A DNA stretch of 51,537 nucleotides, filler included, from Sphacelaria rigidula (taxonomy: Eukaryota), in NCBI GenBank assembly GCA_964200075.2. It is 3 parts of 3 records of this genome, joined end to end, with 100 filler letters (N's around TTAATTAATTAA, not from the genome) between each part and the next. Parts side by side here need not be neighbours in the genome. Positions count along the whole stretch, not along the records: positions 1 to 17,115 come from CAXNAA020001165.1; 2 more parts are not named here. The stretch is one strand, 5' to 3'. Shown one piece after another: positions 1-12,736 of the stretch. A model generated the notes under the pieces. That model made no database searches. It was not told where the DNA came from and saw only the letters and a list, made by a program, of their open reading frames with translations. Within the stretch, counting starts at the first letter, position 1. Every line of letters begins with the position of its first letter. Made by a program: the position numbers and the translations under genes.

Positions 1-1010
1 AAAACCGGTGAGAAGTAGCTCCCCCGAGTTCAACGGGGAAAAAAAAAAAAAAAAGACAAAATAAACAAACAAACAACAAACGCCAACTCGAAGTTTATTG
101 GGGCGACTGAAAGAATCCAGAGTCCGGCAAAAGTGAAAATGGGTGTCCGAAAGATCGGACAGGCGCGCTGACATCCTCGTGAAAAATGTCGCAAATCTTT
201 CCGAGGAGGCCCAATCCGCCAAGGCCCGTATTCCGCCAATATTCCGCGATGAAAGGTTCAAAAGGGTAATTCTCAGATATACTTTTTTCCAGTCCATGAG
301 AAGCGGCCTGACATTTTTTAAAAATAACGCTAACTCTAAGCCCAACCCAAGGCATACTGAGAACCATCGGGCCAGGGGTGTGTACGGGGTGCCCCAGGGC
401 GAATTATGGTGGCAGACCTCAAATCGGTTCCAGTACCACTGAAGATCCGAAGATCGGGATAATAATCAAATCAAGTAGTATCAACCATGGATACAATCGC
501 TCCAAACTGGGACAAACTGGCCTACGGAGGAGGAGACCGGGCAAGAACAAGCCGCGGTTCCCACATAGATGAGATAAATTGCCCCAGCACTCAATGCCAA
601 GCAGTAAATTGAAAACAGGAAATGCGAGAACCAGGACAACCGGCGAAGTAGCCCCGACAGCAGATCAATGGCGGGAGGCATTTTTCGTGCCATATGCAAC
701 ACCGTTGTACAGTACAGGGAGTGCAAGCGGCCAACAAGCTTGCCGGTCAACAAAGATTTGAGAATTGATTTCTCAGGGGAACCACATTTACAGAGGTCTT
801 GAGGGCCTCAACGCTTCATTGCATTTCATTTCTTTTTTAGAGATAACCCTGCATGACAAAAGTACACCAGCAATGAGCGGATGGGAGCTGTTTGCACTAC
901 CTGCGGTGGCTCGGTTACCCTGGTTGGAATATGGTGGGTGGAGTCATGGGCCGGGGTCGACCTCGCCGACGGGAACATCTACAATCTGACCTTCCTTGAA
1001 GACAACTTAC

Positions 1011-1096
1011 GCTGCGAGAATGCTGGTTTTCAGGCCGGTAGAAAGCACCACGACATCATAGTAGTCCTCCAGAAAATCGTCATCTATCCCACTCAT
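1011..1096 (-). CDS. First coding exon of a Rab escort protein / Rab GDI family gene (remaining exons not found; probably beyond the left contig end)
   Basis: ATG at 1096 reads MSGIDDDFLEDYYDVVVLSTGLKTSILA(A) and ends at a strong GTAAGT donor (1010). This matches the N-terminal 'YDVIVLGTGLxESILAA/SG' motif of GDI/REP proteins; 'SILAA' is more REP-like. Not in the ORF track. Confidence 0.8.
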
Positions 1097-1420
1097 GATT
1101 TTTCTTTCGCTTCCCTCTCCCTGTGGCGCCGCCTAACGTCGCTGCTGCTACCCCAACAAATCGATGGTGCACAGTACTGTCGCAAGCCGGTTGTGGTTCT
1201 GACAGTACTGTACTGTGCCAGTTGAGCATCCCCTAAAAGTGCGGCGCAATTACATTTTGACAGTCCCGAAAACTGCTCTGAGTATGTCTTCTCGACCCAG
1301 ACAGTCCCGAGCTGGTGTCCCGGTGCATCCACCATACACGATTAAGCATCGTACTGGTTTTGGCGTGCTGCCCTTCGCAAGTGATTAGAGTTTGACGGTA
1401 TAGATACACCACGTCCCTCA
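1097..1420. promoter_or_regulatory. Probable bidirectional promoter/5'UTR region
   Basis: Only 324 bp separate the divergent start codons at 1096 (-) and 1421 (+). No specific motif identified. Confidence 0.45.
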
Positions 1421-4400
1421 ATGACGCAACGGTCTTCCCCGCCGGCGCAGCGATCAACGGCCACAGAAAAGAAGGCTGCAAAGAGAAGAGCGAGGAGGGC
1501 CAGGGCGAAAGCTGCTGCCAGCAACGAGCTTTCTGCAGCCGTACAACTTTCGGGCAACGTTACAACAACTGCAACGCAGCCGCAGCCGACTGCTACATCT
1601 AGTGCTCCTGCTATGAAACTACCACCCCAAGAGGAGATTCCTTCGGATAACACTGCCAGCTCGTGTGCCGCCATCTCTAAAAGAGACTGTAACAGTCGCC
1701 GCAATCATGGCCCCCCGTCGTCCAACAGGCAGTGCGAAGAGCCTAGGAGGACAGGTAATGCCACCGCATCTGGCTGCACCGACGGCACAGCACGAGGCGT
1801 GGCGGCCACGACTCTCATAGGAGTTTCTCCCGTACTCGGTTCAGAACGAAGCGAGGTCATGCACTTATCAGGCGGTAAGCGGGACAAGGCGAGAAAGCGC
1901 GCCAGAGAGTCCGAGAACAGCGGCAACCAGCCAGGCAACAACCGTAGCCATGTTGGGCTGGCGCCATCCGTCGCGGACCGTCGCGCAAGCTCTGCTTGCA
2001 CTATGCCCATCGGGCAGACTATGGGAACCGCGCTTGATGCAGCATCATCCCAGAAGAAGAGAAAGAGCAAGAAGAAGAAAAATATGAAACCGAGTATCGT
2101 TTCTCATCAGACTGGCAGTTTTGCGATTTCTAGCAAAGATTGTACAGTTGACAAAGGAAATCAGCAGGGACCCTCGAGCTCATGTGGCTCAGCCGGTACT
2201 GGCAAGAAGACCACGGGGACCACCAGCGCAGACTTGGCAAAAACTAAAAAAGATAATCACCCAGTTAACCAAACTTACCGAGGTAGAAATCCTAGCGGTA
2301 GCGCGGAAGGAGGCAGCGCTAAGGAACAGCAGCGGCAGGAACGAAGCGACACACGGGGGCTATCCAAGGCCTTGGAGAGTGTACGAAAACGTCACCGCGA
2401 GGAGGTAGGCAAGAAACACCCGCTCATTGGTTGGGATATCGCGGCGTTCGCCAAGTTTGCCTTCGAGAAGTTTGTCTTCGCCTCCCCGCGCACTGCCAGG
2501 AGTGCAGGGAAGAGCAGGACGATGCAAAGTGAAGTAGAGGACTCCGCAGGAATAGGTATGACCGAGGACGATGAGGAGATTGTGGCGGCGGCAGTGGCCG
2601 CTGTGGTGGCGAGTGCCGAAGAGGATCACGCTGGGCAGGTGAAACGGCCGTCGCGATGTACGTTCGATCTTGTGCGTGCGTTTCTGTTTTCGTCCCACTC
2701 GGCTTTCACGTCTGGTGATCTCTTGCCGTAGCTCCCGTCTCCAAGCAGACATTTTCCAAGGGGCATTGTGCCTCGTTCCGGACGGTGACGGCGAGGGGGC
2801 GTGCTCATTTGTTGCTGGCCTTGGTCGTTTCACCATTGACCCCGCATCCCTTTCAAAACGGAGCACCGTTCCTACTCCTAATAGAGACACCTCCAACATC
2901 TGGGCGCTCATTAGGTATCATCCATGCAATGCACAAAACCTTTTTCATATTTTATCGCATTCCTGCTTCGCCGTCTGTGGCCACCATCCATCTCCTGGTA
3001 TAGCCATCGTTATCTCGCTACTGTCTCATGTATTCAATAACGGCGAGGGGAGGGGGGGGACGTGGCGCTGTGTTGAGGGCTAGATCTCGATATTGCCTTT
3101 TCTGCATTGCGTTCAGTAGGAACGAGGAGTGGAAAACGGTAGTGCCTCTCCAAGCTCCTCTTTTTGTGTTCGTCCTCAATTGTGCTGTGGTAGGTCACGA
3201 TATCCGAGTTCGAGACACTGATCCGTAGGGAAGCCGCGGGATTGACGGGCAGACGACAGGCCGGGATACTTCTGAGACGAGCGTTGGAACATGAGCAAGA
3301 AGGTCAGATTACTAGCAAATGTCTCCGTAATTCCCTCAAAGCCTGTGTGGGTCTTTACCGCAGGAGAAATAGTACATACACACAAGCTACACATCTGCTG
3401 GCGTTGGCATAAGTTGACTCCAAAGGATTACTCGTATTTTGCAGTCAGAGAGTCAACCCTGCCCTACAGTACTGCTTCTGTAGCGCTATTTCCGTCTTTG
3501 TGGGTAGAGTAAGTATCGCTACCTGATCAGCCTACTGCGCAGGTCGGGCTTCCCATGCTCACACCCCGTTTGCAGGAGGAGGTTGCATATCTTTGATCGG
3601 CGTGGCCTCTCTGTCATCCAGGCATCACCGGCCGCAAATGCAAAAAAAACGTGTGGAAAGCACACTGAGTCTCTTTAGTGAGCATCACAAAACTGTAATA
3701 TCCACCAGGCAGCGACTAGTTCCGGCACAGGCTGTCGGTAATATTAGAAGAGATTTCAACTGACGTTCCTCCCACCGCCTGGCGAACACGACCCGACTCG
3801 ATAGCTGCGTGCCTGGCACTTGTCCTCCCCATCACCCGCACACAGAAACACTGCAGCCTAGCTGACCATACCCCTCGATCTGTTCCCATGCGCGCGGTCG
3901 TGAAACGGTCGTCTGTGCTTTCAGGCGACCTTGAAGCAGCAGAGGCGGGGTTAATCGCGTGTATTGCCTCCTGGCCTGGATGTGGAGAGGGTCACATGAA
4001 ATTAGCACAGATACTCAGGGCGAAGGGGGAGTCAGAAAAGGTAAGTAGAACGTTTCACACATCTTCTGCTCTCCTGTTTCCCTACACCATGTCGAGTACT
4101 GGTATTCGCCAAGTAACATGAAGATCGATATATCTCACGCCGCCATCGCTGTGACGTGGGGTATCCTCTATATACGTGAACTACCAGAATCACCAGATGG
4201 ACTAGCAACGAGGACTGTGGGAGGTCTGATGGAAGGTGGAAATACATTCTACGACTTGTCAATGTTCAACAATTCAGGCGTCCGATGGCGACTTGGCTGT
4301 CTTTTACTGTGCGCTGCCTTCGGTGCGACCGCTACCTTTGCATGTTCGGAGAGTCCAGCCTAGCGATGTGAATGTATTTTCGTCACTCAGGATTTACCGC

Positions 4401-7400
4401 GTGTTTGGTCGGGATGTTGAAATCTCCGCTGTGAGGCAACGCCCGCCGAAGGCAAAGGTATACAGTCCAACTGCACGCCAAGCGCATTTTGCCAAGATTT
4501 CCTGAAGCTTGCACGTCTTACTGCCTAATAGCTACGGGGTATGAAGCAGTATCGCCTGAATACAAACCAGATATGCCCTGTCATGTAAAACCGTGCACAG
4601 TGCAGGGCGGTGCGTCGCTGTCGACAAAAAAAATGTCAGGTTACCATATTATCTCTGTCGCATCACCATCATCATGTCTGCTGCCTCATGTTCCCCATAC
4701 CTGATTGCCATCTCGCCTTCCAGCGAGCGATACGGGACGTGGAATTCCATCTGCAGCAGGCGTTGGGCTGCGCCTCAAAGTCTAGGAAAAGAGGAGGTGG
4801 GGAAGCCGCGGAGGTATTGGGCCAATCAGCGGCGGAGCGCTTGTCCCTGCTGATGTGTCAAGAGGGTAGGGATAAAGAAGCAGCCAAGGTCCTGAAACGG
4901 CATGGATTTAGGTGAACGTATTCTGGGATCTTCAACCGCTATGGAGTTGGCGTCATGGAGACAAAAAATATATGTTTTCTTCTGTTCATTTCACGACTAC
5001 AAGATACCCCGCTCGCCCGCCGCCTTTGTCATGCTGGCGTATACACTGTTTCCCCTCTCGTTTCTTGGAGGAAGGCGTTCTTCTGTTTTGACCTCGTCGG
5101 TGGATTATACGTCTAGAGCGCTCGAAATGATCGTTGGAGGGAGAAGTCTGCTCTGCTCCCCTCTCCCCCTCTCGAAAATGCCTCCGCCGATACCTCCTAC
5201 GCTGCTGACGCGTAATCGCCCGTTGTGACCCCTCTCCGCCGGGCACGACCCTTCGCCAGGTATCGTCTCTCCCCGCACGTCCTGCGATATCAGTTGCCAC
5301 AAGAGTGTCCACCGGAAAGTGCGAAAAAACAGTCACCGAAAACGGAGGGGCAAGCAAACGGCGAAATTGATGAGGCTGCTCAGTACGTCGCAGCGGTAGA
5401 TTCTGTCCTACCATCGGAGATGCTGGACCACTTGCAGGTGTAGACATGTGCCGTATGTGATATAGTATTTTCAATATCCGCTGGTGGCGAATCCTGGGGA
5501 CTTGAAAAGCTGAAAAGTTACCGTCCGATATTGTTCATGATGGGGGTGGTTCACGACGTATCACAACACAAAACTGTAGATGACAGCGTAGAACCGAAAT
5601 CACTCGAAAATCCATGTCCCGGGGTGGTAGCAGGGAGTGCTATTCAACGTATACGTCTTGCACTGTGTCACGTACGGTACGACAGGATCATCGCAGATTG
5701 TGCCGGGAGCTAACAGCACACCCGCCGAACCCGTTGCATTCCCATCGTGTGTCGCTGTGGAGACTCCGGGTACCCGGCGAGGGATTCAGCTTTGGATTCT
5801 CCCTGAACCGCACTTTTTTTCGTGATTTCATTTCGCGCGGGGCGTGCCGCCTCGGCACTTGCTCATTTGCACGGCATATTACGCTCCTGGAGCAGCGGTG
5901 TGTCTGACATGTTTTGTTAACGTTGATGACATCACCTATGGGAACTTTACAAGGGCCCTGAGGGTTAGGGACCGTGCCCAACGGTACCCTGCGTTTTCAA
6001 TGTACCTGAGGTATCGACTGCCGAAAATACAGGGTATATTATCCTAGGGTATCCGGAGTATCGACCGTGAAGCAATGCTGAGTATTTCACAGTACCCGAA
6101 ATACTCAGCGGTACTCGTACCCGTACCATGCCCTAACCATTGTTGGAAGTCTACCCTCTGACAGACTCTGAGCGTTTTGGGGCCTGTTGTGAACGGTCAA
6201 GAAGGCATACAAAATACACCGAGGAGGCGCTTGTGATGTGTCTTATTGCGCAATGGTGTTGAACCGCAGGAGGCTTTCCAGAGTGGATCGCGGTTCTGGA
6301 GCGAGCACGGGTACAACAGCGAAACAGGAACCCCGGGGTACTTCAGCTATATCCACAGTCTGGAAAAGGCACCGTCTACCAGCATCGAGCAGGTAGACCG
6401 TTGTTGTCATCGTAGGCATATTGCTGCAGCACCTTGTGGCGTCATGGAGGTGGCGTCTACCGTTGTCTCTGTCGAGGTGCAGAACAACCCGCGAGAAGGA
6501 TTAACATAGTTTGTGAGATTGGTGTATTCGCAGCGACGGGAGGGGTATACGGCTGTTGCTGGGCATGCTAGAACTACAGCTACGGTGTTTTGCTCTTTCA
6601 CAGATTAGAAACGTACGTTTTTGTTTGTTTGTTTTTTACGTCTTAGTCTACTGTGTCGTTCTGTTCGACCTTTTCTGTTCTTTTTTTTTCTTCAGCAAGT
6701 TTTTCAGTCTTGTTTTTTCTTCGGTACGTCTATTATGTGACCACTACTGGATCCCTGGAGGGTCTGTTGAAGTACGACAATAAATCAATGGAACAGTACA
6801 AAGACGGAAACTATCCACGAACAGTTAGTGCTGCGCAACTCAGACGTCGACATATTGTGGTATCACGAAGGATAATTTGTGTAAATTTGCACATCTGCAG
6901 TGGAGTGCGTGTTCGTTATTTTTCTCGGTCCACTGTTTCAACGTTGTGTTCTGTAGGGTACGGGTACGTCAATAGGGTATGAGATTTATTACAGAACTTA
7001 TAGGACTGTCGGGTACCGAAATGGATGTATTGCAGAACTCGCAGAAACTGTCAGGTACGGCATGGAAGTGTACAAAAACCCTTACCCGCAACCGGTTATT
7101 TCTACAAGGGTACATCCGTAGACCATCTAGAAAGCAAAATAAGCCCATCGTACAGATCTCACAGAACTGTCGGGTACCGGTATGATGCTCACAGAGTTTA
7201 CAGAACTGTCGGGTACGGGTAATAAACGGGTAAATACCACAGGTGTATAGAAATAATCGTACCCACAGAACACAACCTTGTAATGCCACCTCTCATGAGT
7301 GCCGTCCACCTCGACAGTATCGGGCGGCCGCATACAGCATGTCCTCACACGGGCGTTCAACCTTCCTCGCGCCAAGCAAGGGCCCTCTCAATTTTTTCTC

Positions 7401-8005
7401 ACGCCCCCATTCCTTTCCTCCCTCCGTCCAAGGGCCCGCGGTCCGTGTTCAAGGTTTGCTTCGACATGCGAAAACAGACTGCTCGCTCTCCCTGCCCCCG
7501 GGTGCTCCGTCTCGAAAGGGATGCGTGGTCAATGGTCAAACGACTAAGGCAAGCAACAAATGAGTACCCNNNNNNNNCCACCCAGAAGTGGTTGCGCAAA
7601 AATGAGCCAAACTACAAAGGGAACAAAAACATGCCCCCCCCCCCCCCCCCCCCCCCGTTCACTTTGGCTTCTACTCGCTGGCGCACAAGATCATCAACCA
7701 TTTGAGGGGCTTGGCGGAGACTAAATTTCCTAGAGTGAAGGAGGCAAAATTCGTGGAGTGGTGGGCGCACCGGAGGCCCCATTCAAGCGGGCACCAGATG
7801 CACTTCGACTCGGACAATGAGGGAAGGGGCGGGGTCCGCAACCCCATTCTAAGGTGAGCTGAGTCTCGGGAGGGGGTTGGTTAGGCGCGTTCGTGTTTTC
7901 TGTTCACCGGATATGCTGGCTGCACTGCATTTGGTTGTGTGTGCATGTGTGCACTGAATCGTGTGTGCCTGTGCGTGTTGTCATACTGGCTCTTTTTCTG
8001 GTTGA

Positions 8006-8043
<38 letters not shown>

Positions 8044-9551
8044 TTTGGCGGTATGCCAGTCTATTCTTTCTAAAGCATTACATTCCTTGTGCGATAAATG
8101 TCGCAATGCTTATTTATCAACGAGACAACATGCGTGGCTACGTCAGACGATCGGTTCATGTTCGTCGCTTGCTTCTTGTTCACGTGCAACACCTTCCGTG
8201 TTATTTCGAGCATGTAGTAACTTCATTGATTTCGGGCTACTGTAGACACATGTATCTGAAGAACATAGCGTGCGAATTACTTCTTGAGGCACCAATTGCT
8301 GTCGAAACGAGTACACCTTTGGTCATGTGTGAGCTCAGATCACGCGAAAAGCAAACACAAAACGCTGTAAACATAGCTGCGGTCAAATACGCTCCACATA
8401 AACACTCAGTGAACTCAGCTCGCCATGGTCTGTGCCTCGATATCTCGTTACTCCTCCCCAACCCTTAATGTCTTATTTCGACAAGCAGCCTTGTGGTCTA
8501 CGTCACCGGCGATGTCGGAGGTCCCACCCTTGTCACCACCCAGCGCCTGACCTCAAAAAAGCTTGCCGACCGCGGGTGGATTGTCCACCCCCGAGTAAAC
8601 CGCGTCTGCATGTTCGACGGCGGCGTGTTGCACGGAGTGATACCTGGCCGGGGCATTCCCCCACCCACGCCTCCGGCAGCGCTGGCGGAGACGGCACCTG
8701 TGCCTCCTCAATCGCCAAGATCCGGCGGCGGCGGCAGCGACCGAAACAGCGGGACTGCCGTCACGCACGAAACAGTTGATGACAGTTGCGGAGGCGCAAC
8801 CGAACAAGGCTCAGCAACAACAGAAAGAGCCACAGCCACCCATCACCTTGCCGGCGAAGGTCGTGGCAGTGAACGTAGCAGCGGTAGCGGTAGCGGTGGC
8901 AGCAGCAGCAGCAGCAGCAGCAGCAAAAAACGGAACAAAAAGCGCCGTCATCCGTCCCCGACAGATGGCGTGGCATTGCCTTGCGGGACGATGCCCACCC
9001 CGCCAATGCCTCGCCGGTTAAGCCCCAGTGGTTGCGGCGGGGGCGACGGCAATGGCGGAGGCGTTAATGAAGTTGGTGCTACCTGCGACAACGTCATCAG
9101 CCGCGCCACTGTTGACCCGCGCCTGGTATCGAGGCAGAAACAGGAGGGAAAGGAGCGGGCCGGCATGCGAGTGACCTGGATGGTAGCGTTTTGGAAAGAC
9201 ATCCAGGCGCGACAACCGCCCGGCGCTGCTACTGGATCGGGCGCTTGCCGGAGGCCGGGCGCTCCTCCCTCTGGGGCAGGGGCGGCCCAACCGTTCCCTG
9301 GGTTGGATGCCCCCGAAGGAGAGTGTGGTGGGCGTACGTGGCCGGAAATGTTCAGAAAGAAGCCTGACGGGTGGGGGGGCGTGGGTGAGGGGAAGGGGGG
9401 TGGGACCTGGACGGTGGGTACCCCCGTGATTCCCATCGCCGTGCCGCAGGTTTGGGAGGATGTAGATGGCGGAGAGAACCGAAAGATGGGGGCTGGGGTC
9501 AGGCGGTTGAAACGACTTCCCGACTACGATTTGTGCTTTCAGGGATTTTGA
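1421..9551 (+). CDS. 8-exon gene, about 1,052 aa: low-complexity basic N-terminus, helical (TPR-like) middle, C-terminal 2OG-Fe(II) oxygenase (prolyl-hydroxylase-like) domain
   Basis: Exons 1421-2638, 3194-3302, 3925-4040, 4724-4911, 5260-5437, 6270-6392, 7690-7853, 8489-9551 are all GT-AG and phase-compatible (3159 nt, no internal stop). Motifs: EWWAH..GHQMHFDSD (HxD at 7801-7809), GGPTLVT, NRVCMFDGGVLHGV (distal His at 8631), RVTWMVAFW (candidate 2OG-binding Arg at 9168). Confidence 0.8.
6939..7280. mobile_element. MITE in intron 6 of the oxygenase gene
   Basis: Inverted termini caacgttgtgttctgtagggtacg / cgtacccacagaacacaaccttg, internal repeats of acagaactgtcgggtac, no coding capacity. 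Confidence 0.7.
8001..8043. repeat. (GTT)n microsatellite, intronic
   Basis: Directly visible; it causes the poly-Val ORF 7893-8468. Confidence 0.95.
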
Positions 9552-10009
9552 GGGTTTTTGTCCGTGTGGTATGTTTGTGCAAAACTTGGTAACTTTTGCA
9601 CCTTGTTGTGCACTGGGTGTGGCATGGTTGATTTTGGGTAGCCGTGGTCTTTTATGCGATCCGTTGCGATGGTGTCCGGTGACAGATACAAACCACTGTA
9701 GGTCTGCTTTTACTTCCGTGTACGATCTTTTTGGGGGGTTGACAGAGCCGTTGTTCAATTACAAGAGTACCTTTTTAAGGCTTGTATCGTGTGCGTGACC
9801 ATGGTGTATCCGGCGCAATTGAGAAGAACGACGTTGATTGCTTGATTGTCTGATCGACTTTTTCAAGGGCCGGACAAATGAATGCTTCTTCTGGAAATTA
9901 CTTGGTTTTAGTCTGATTCGAGTCGTACAAATCCATCCCTAGGCTTTGTTTTCAGCGTTGCAACCCAGGTACACGCAGCCTAGACACGTGGAATGGCGCA
10001 AAAGTTACA

Positions 10010-10325
10010 TGGATACCCCTTGGACCAGCGGTCAAGTTTTTTTCTCCCTTTTGGGCAACCAGGCAGAAGAAATCGTGGATTTTGGTTATTCGAACCCGTG
10101 ATGATTCGTCCTAACCGTTGACTTTTTGTTTGATTTTCTGTTCGATCGGTTCACTGATGCCGCGATAGCCCGCCCCAGAAAAGCGGCTGGTTCGAGTGGG
10201 TAAAAGTTACCTGTAAACCAAGATGACGGAAGCCGGGCATACCGAGCAACTGGGAACTCCCACGCTAGGGGTCGTTTTCGCCAATGTTGCCCGTGTGAGG
10301 CGGGTCATGCAGTTCTGAAATCCGC
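10010..10325 (+). repeat. Dispersed repeat family (probable non-autonomous DNA transposon)
   Basis: 10010-10110 matches 34428-34525 (tggataccccttggaccag...gaagaaatcgtg). 10160-10325 matches 47855-47950 and 48112-48340 (gcgatagc..ccc..aaaag.ggc...cccacgct.gg..cgttttcg...catgcag..ctgaaatc). Confidence 0.7.
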
Positions 10326-11066
10326 TAACATTGACTGCATGGCCATTTTTTTGGTGACAATTTTGGGGTTGGTTTGGGGAGGGGCTATCGCGGCATCAAC
10401 CGGTTGTTGCATATCAAGTGATCTCCGAGAAACCCAGCCGTGGTCACATAAGATGGACGTAGACCCCGGGTGAGCAAAGCCCGAACACCCGCAAGAGGAA
10501 ACTCGAGAGGGAGGTTATGGAAAGGAAGAAGATAAAACAACGTAGACAAAAACAAACAGGAACAAAGACAAAGCTCTCTGAATTCCACGAGGGATTCGAG
10601 GATTTAGCCTGCCGCACGCCGCATGGGCGTTTTTTTCTAGCGCATCGAAGTTCCGGTTTTGTCACCAAGGTCGTCGGAGAAGCGCCCAAGGCCGTGCCTT
10701 ATCGGAGCGAAAAAAACGCATTTGTCAACAATCCCTCTTTGCAAAAAAAAAAGTACCTTGCGATTGGTCGCTGCGATACCACTTCCCTGTGGAACACATT
10801 TTTGCGGAATTTTTGTCTCTGTCTCGAAAGTGCCTCTTCGAAAAGACCTGTTTCGTCAACATAGCTTTTTCGTTGCGAACACAGGCGGTCACGGTCACAA
10901 ACTACCGATTGATTGTCCCCGTAAACATACAAAAATTTCACAAACCGCGCAGGTTGCTCGTCCGGAAGATTCAATTATTAGATTCGCTTGGCCTCTTCGA
11001 AAAATTACGTTGTTTCTGTGAGTGTCGTCGTACCGAGAAAGGGTGAATCCCCCCCCTCCCTCATGC

Positions 11067-11385
11067 GGGATGAAACGAATGTGGGCAGGGATAAAAGACA
11101 TCACGGGAAACCATGCAGGAAATATTGACAACGGGATAGCCACACTGCGGGCACAGAACGGTAAAATGGTCAGTAGTTCGAAGGCGAACAGAGAAGTGCT
11201 AGTCGAGCACTACCATAACCTAGTAACACCAAAAACTAACACGGAGTTCGACGCGAAATTCGAAAAAAAATGAACGCGTGAGCAGAGGCTCGACAGAATT
11301 GCAGATACAATTTACCAGAGACGAAATAAAGGACTGTGTAGCTAAGCTCAAGAACAGAAAGACAGCAGGGGCAGACGACATAGTA
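11067..11385 (+). pseudogene. Degenerate non-LTR retrotransposon (LINE) ORF2 fragment, linker just upstream of the RT domain
   Basis: GMKRMWAGIKDITG...GKMVSSSKANREVLVEHYHNL, then a stop/disruption, then FTRDEIKDCVAKLKNRKTAGADDIV, matching the 'EI...I..LK..KA.G.D.I' motif that precedes LINE reverse transcriptase. Confidence 0.75.
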
Positions 11386-11573
11386 GAGCTCGGAAATGGT
11401 ACCAGTTATAACTGGCCATTATCATTACAATGGTAGTAATAATGATAATGGTTATATGAAAAAGTTGGATAATGGTTTCAAACCATTATTGACCGTTACC
11501 GGCTTTATAAGCCGCTACCGGCTACGTATGCTACATACAGCCCTTGAAAATTGGCCCAAATTTACGTGTATTT

Positions 11574-11619
11574 TGTCAGGAAATGATATATGTCTATTCA
11601 TTTAGTAGTCAACGTTCAA
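11574..11619 (+). mobile_element. First 46 bp of a second copy of the copia LTR, in opposite orientation
   Basis: TGTCAGGAAATGATATATGTCTATTCATTTAGTAGTCAACGTTCAA is the reverse complement of 13406-13451 with 2 mismatches. Confidence 0.9.
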
Positions 11620-12736
11620 CACCTACCGCTGTACCCACAGCTTCTGAACCACCAGCAGATGGGTACCCTGATGCTGTAACACCGGCCGTTGGTTGAGACT
11701 GGTGTGCGGGTGCACCGATGACTGCGTTAGAGGGGTACGCCGCCATATGCGCGTAGTGCGCCACACCAGCAGCGGCACTCTCTTTTTGTATGCGGCAGTC
11801 AGCATCATTATGAGTTTTGGAACGATGATAGGAACACCACTTCGCCGTCTTTTCTAAAGCGTTGGTATTATTGGTGCCTGACTTATCTCCTTTTTTCTGC
11901 CGGCCTCTACGTTTCGCCTGAGAAATCGAAGGGCAATCCCGCCGGTAGTGTCCGTGTTGGTTGCACGCGAAACACTTAATCCCTGCTGCCTCAGCAGACA
12001 GTGCAGTGCCGGGTCCAGCTATGGACAAACGAGAATCCGAGCGAGCCGCATGACCAACATAATAGCGAATGACTGATGCTCGAAGTTTCTCGAGCCCAAA
12101 GTTCTCGTCGACATAAGTATGTTGAATTATGCCTGCATACTCGGCAGATAGACCCTGGATAATTATATCTTCGTATCTAATGTTGGACACCGGATCGCCG
12201 AGGACGCGTAGGCGATTCCGATCAGTGTCCTGTTCTCGGAAGTAGAGTTGAGGGTTTGTCCCATGCTTCATGCGACGGAACATTAGAGAGCGAGTAGTTG
12301 TATGGATCGCTTCCTTCGTTCGACCAAAACATTTCGCTTCAAGAGCCTTCCATGCTGCATGGCCATCTCCTGAGATTGTCGTTCCCACAGTGGTATCTTC
12401 GCCACTGTCGGACTCATAAACTTCTTGCTCGAATTGAGCAATAACAGATTGCGCGGGCCCTGATGTCATAAGGTAAAGTAATGAAAACAGCTCTGTCTGA
12501 GCCTTGGCCCAAGCTCGTATTTCTGCGGCGGAAGCCTCATCAGTAGGCGGCCGCTTACCGTTGACCAAAGATAGCACTTCAGGTGCATGCAGGCTCAGCA
12601 GCACTCGCAATTTAGAACGCCAGTCTCTAAATTTCGCAATGTCATCCCCGTCGAAGACATCCAGCAGGCGCATTGCCTGTGTAACACCTTTCTTCGCATC
12701 GTCATGTTGCTTTCGGGACGTTAAGGTTGTGACCAA
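11609..12736 (-). CDS. gag: Ty1/copia Gag, truncated before protease/integrase/RT
   Basis: 375-aa ORF with FDGDDIAKFRDW, GDGHAAWKALEAK (copia gag/UBN2-type), zinc knuckle CFACNQHGHYRRDC (CX2CX4HX4C) and a second WCSYHRSKTHNDADC motif. It lies downstream of a PBS and LTR. The stop codon is supplied by the inverted LTR fragment. Confidence 0.88.
   Translation of the reverse strand: MVTTLTSRKQHDDAKKGVTQAMRLLDVFDGDDIAKFRDWRSKLRVLLSLHAPEVLSLVNGKRPPTDEASAAEIRAWAKAQTELFSLLYLMTSGPAQSVIAQFEQEVYESDSGEDTTVGTTISGDGHAAWKALEAKCFGRTKEAIHTTTRSLMFRRMKHGTNPQLYFREQDTDRNRLRVLGDPVSNIRYEDIIIQGLSAEYAGIIQHTYVDENFGLEKLRASVIRYYVGHAARSDSRLSIAGPGTALSAEAAGIKCFACNQHGHYRRDCPSISQAKRRGRQKKGDKSGTNNTNALEKTAKWCSYHRSKTHNDADCRIQKESAAAGVAHYAHMAAYPSNAVIGAPAHQSQPTAGVTASGYPSAGGSEAVGTAVGVER

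Noticed and set aside
7893..8468. 191-aa ORF with poly-Val
   Set aside because: Intronic and produced by the (GTT)n microsatellite.
9018..9758. 246-aa minus-strand ORF (and similar ORFs at 2360-2911, 18808-19560, 21912-22577)
   Set aside because: Antisense shadows of GC-rich exons or introns of the modelled genes, with no recognisable motifs.
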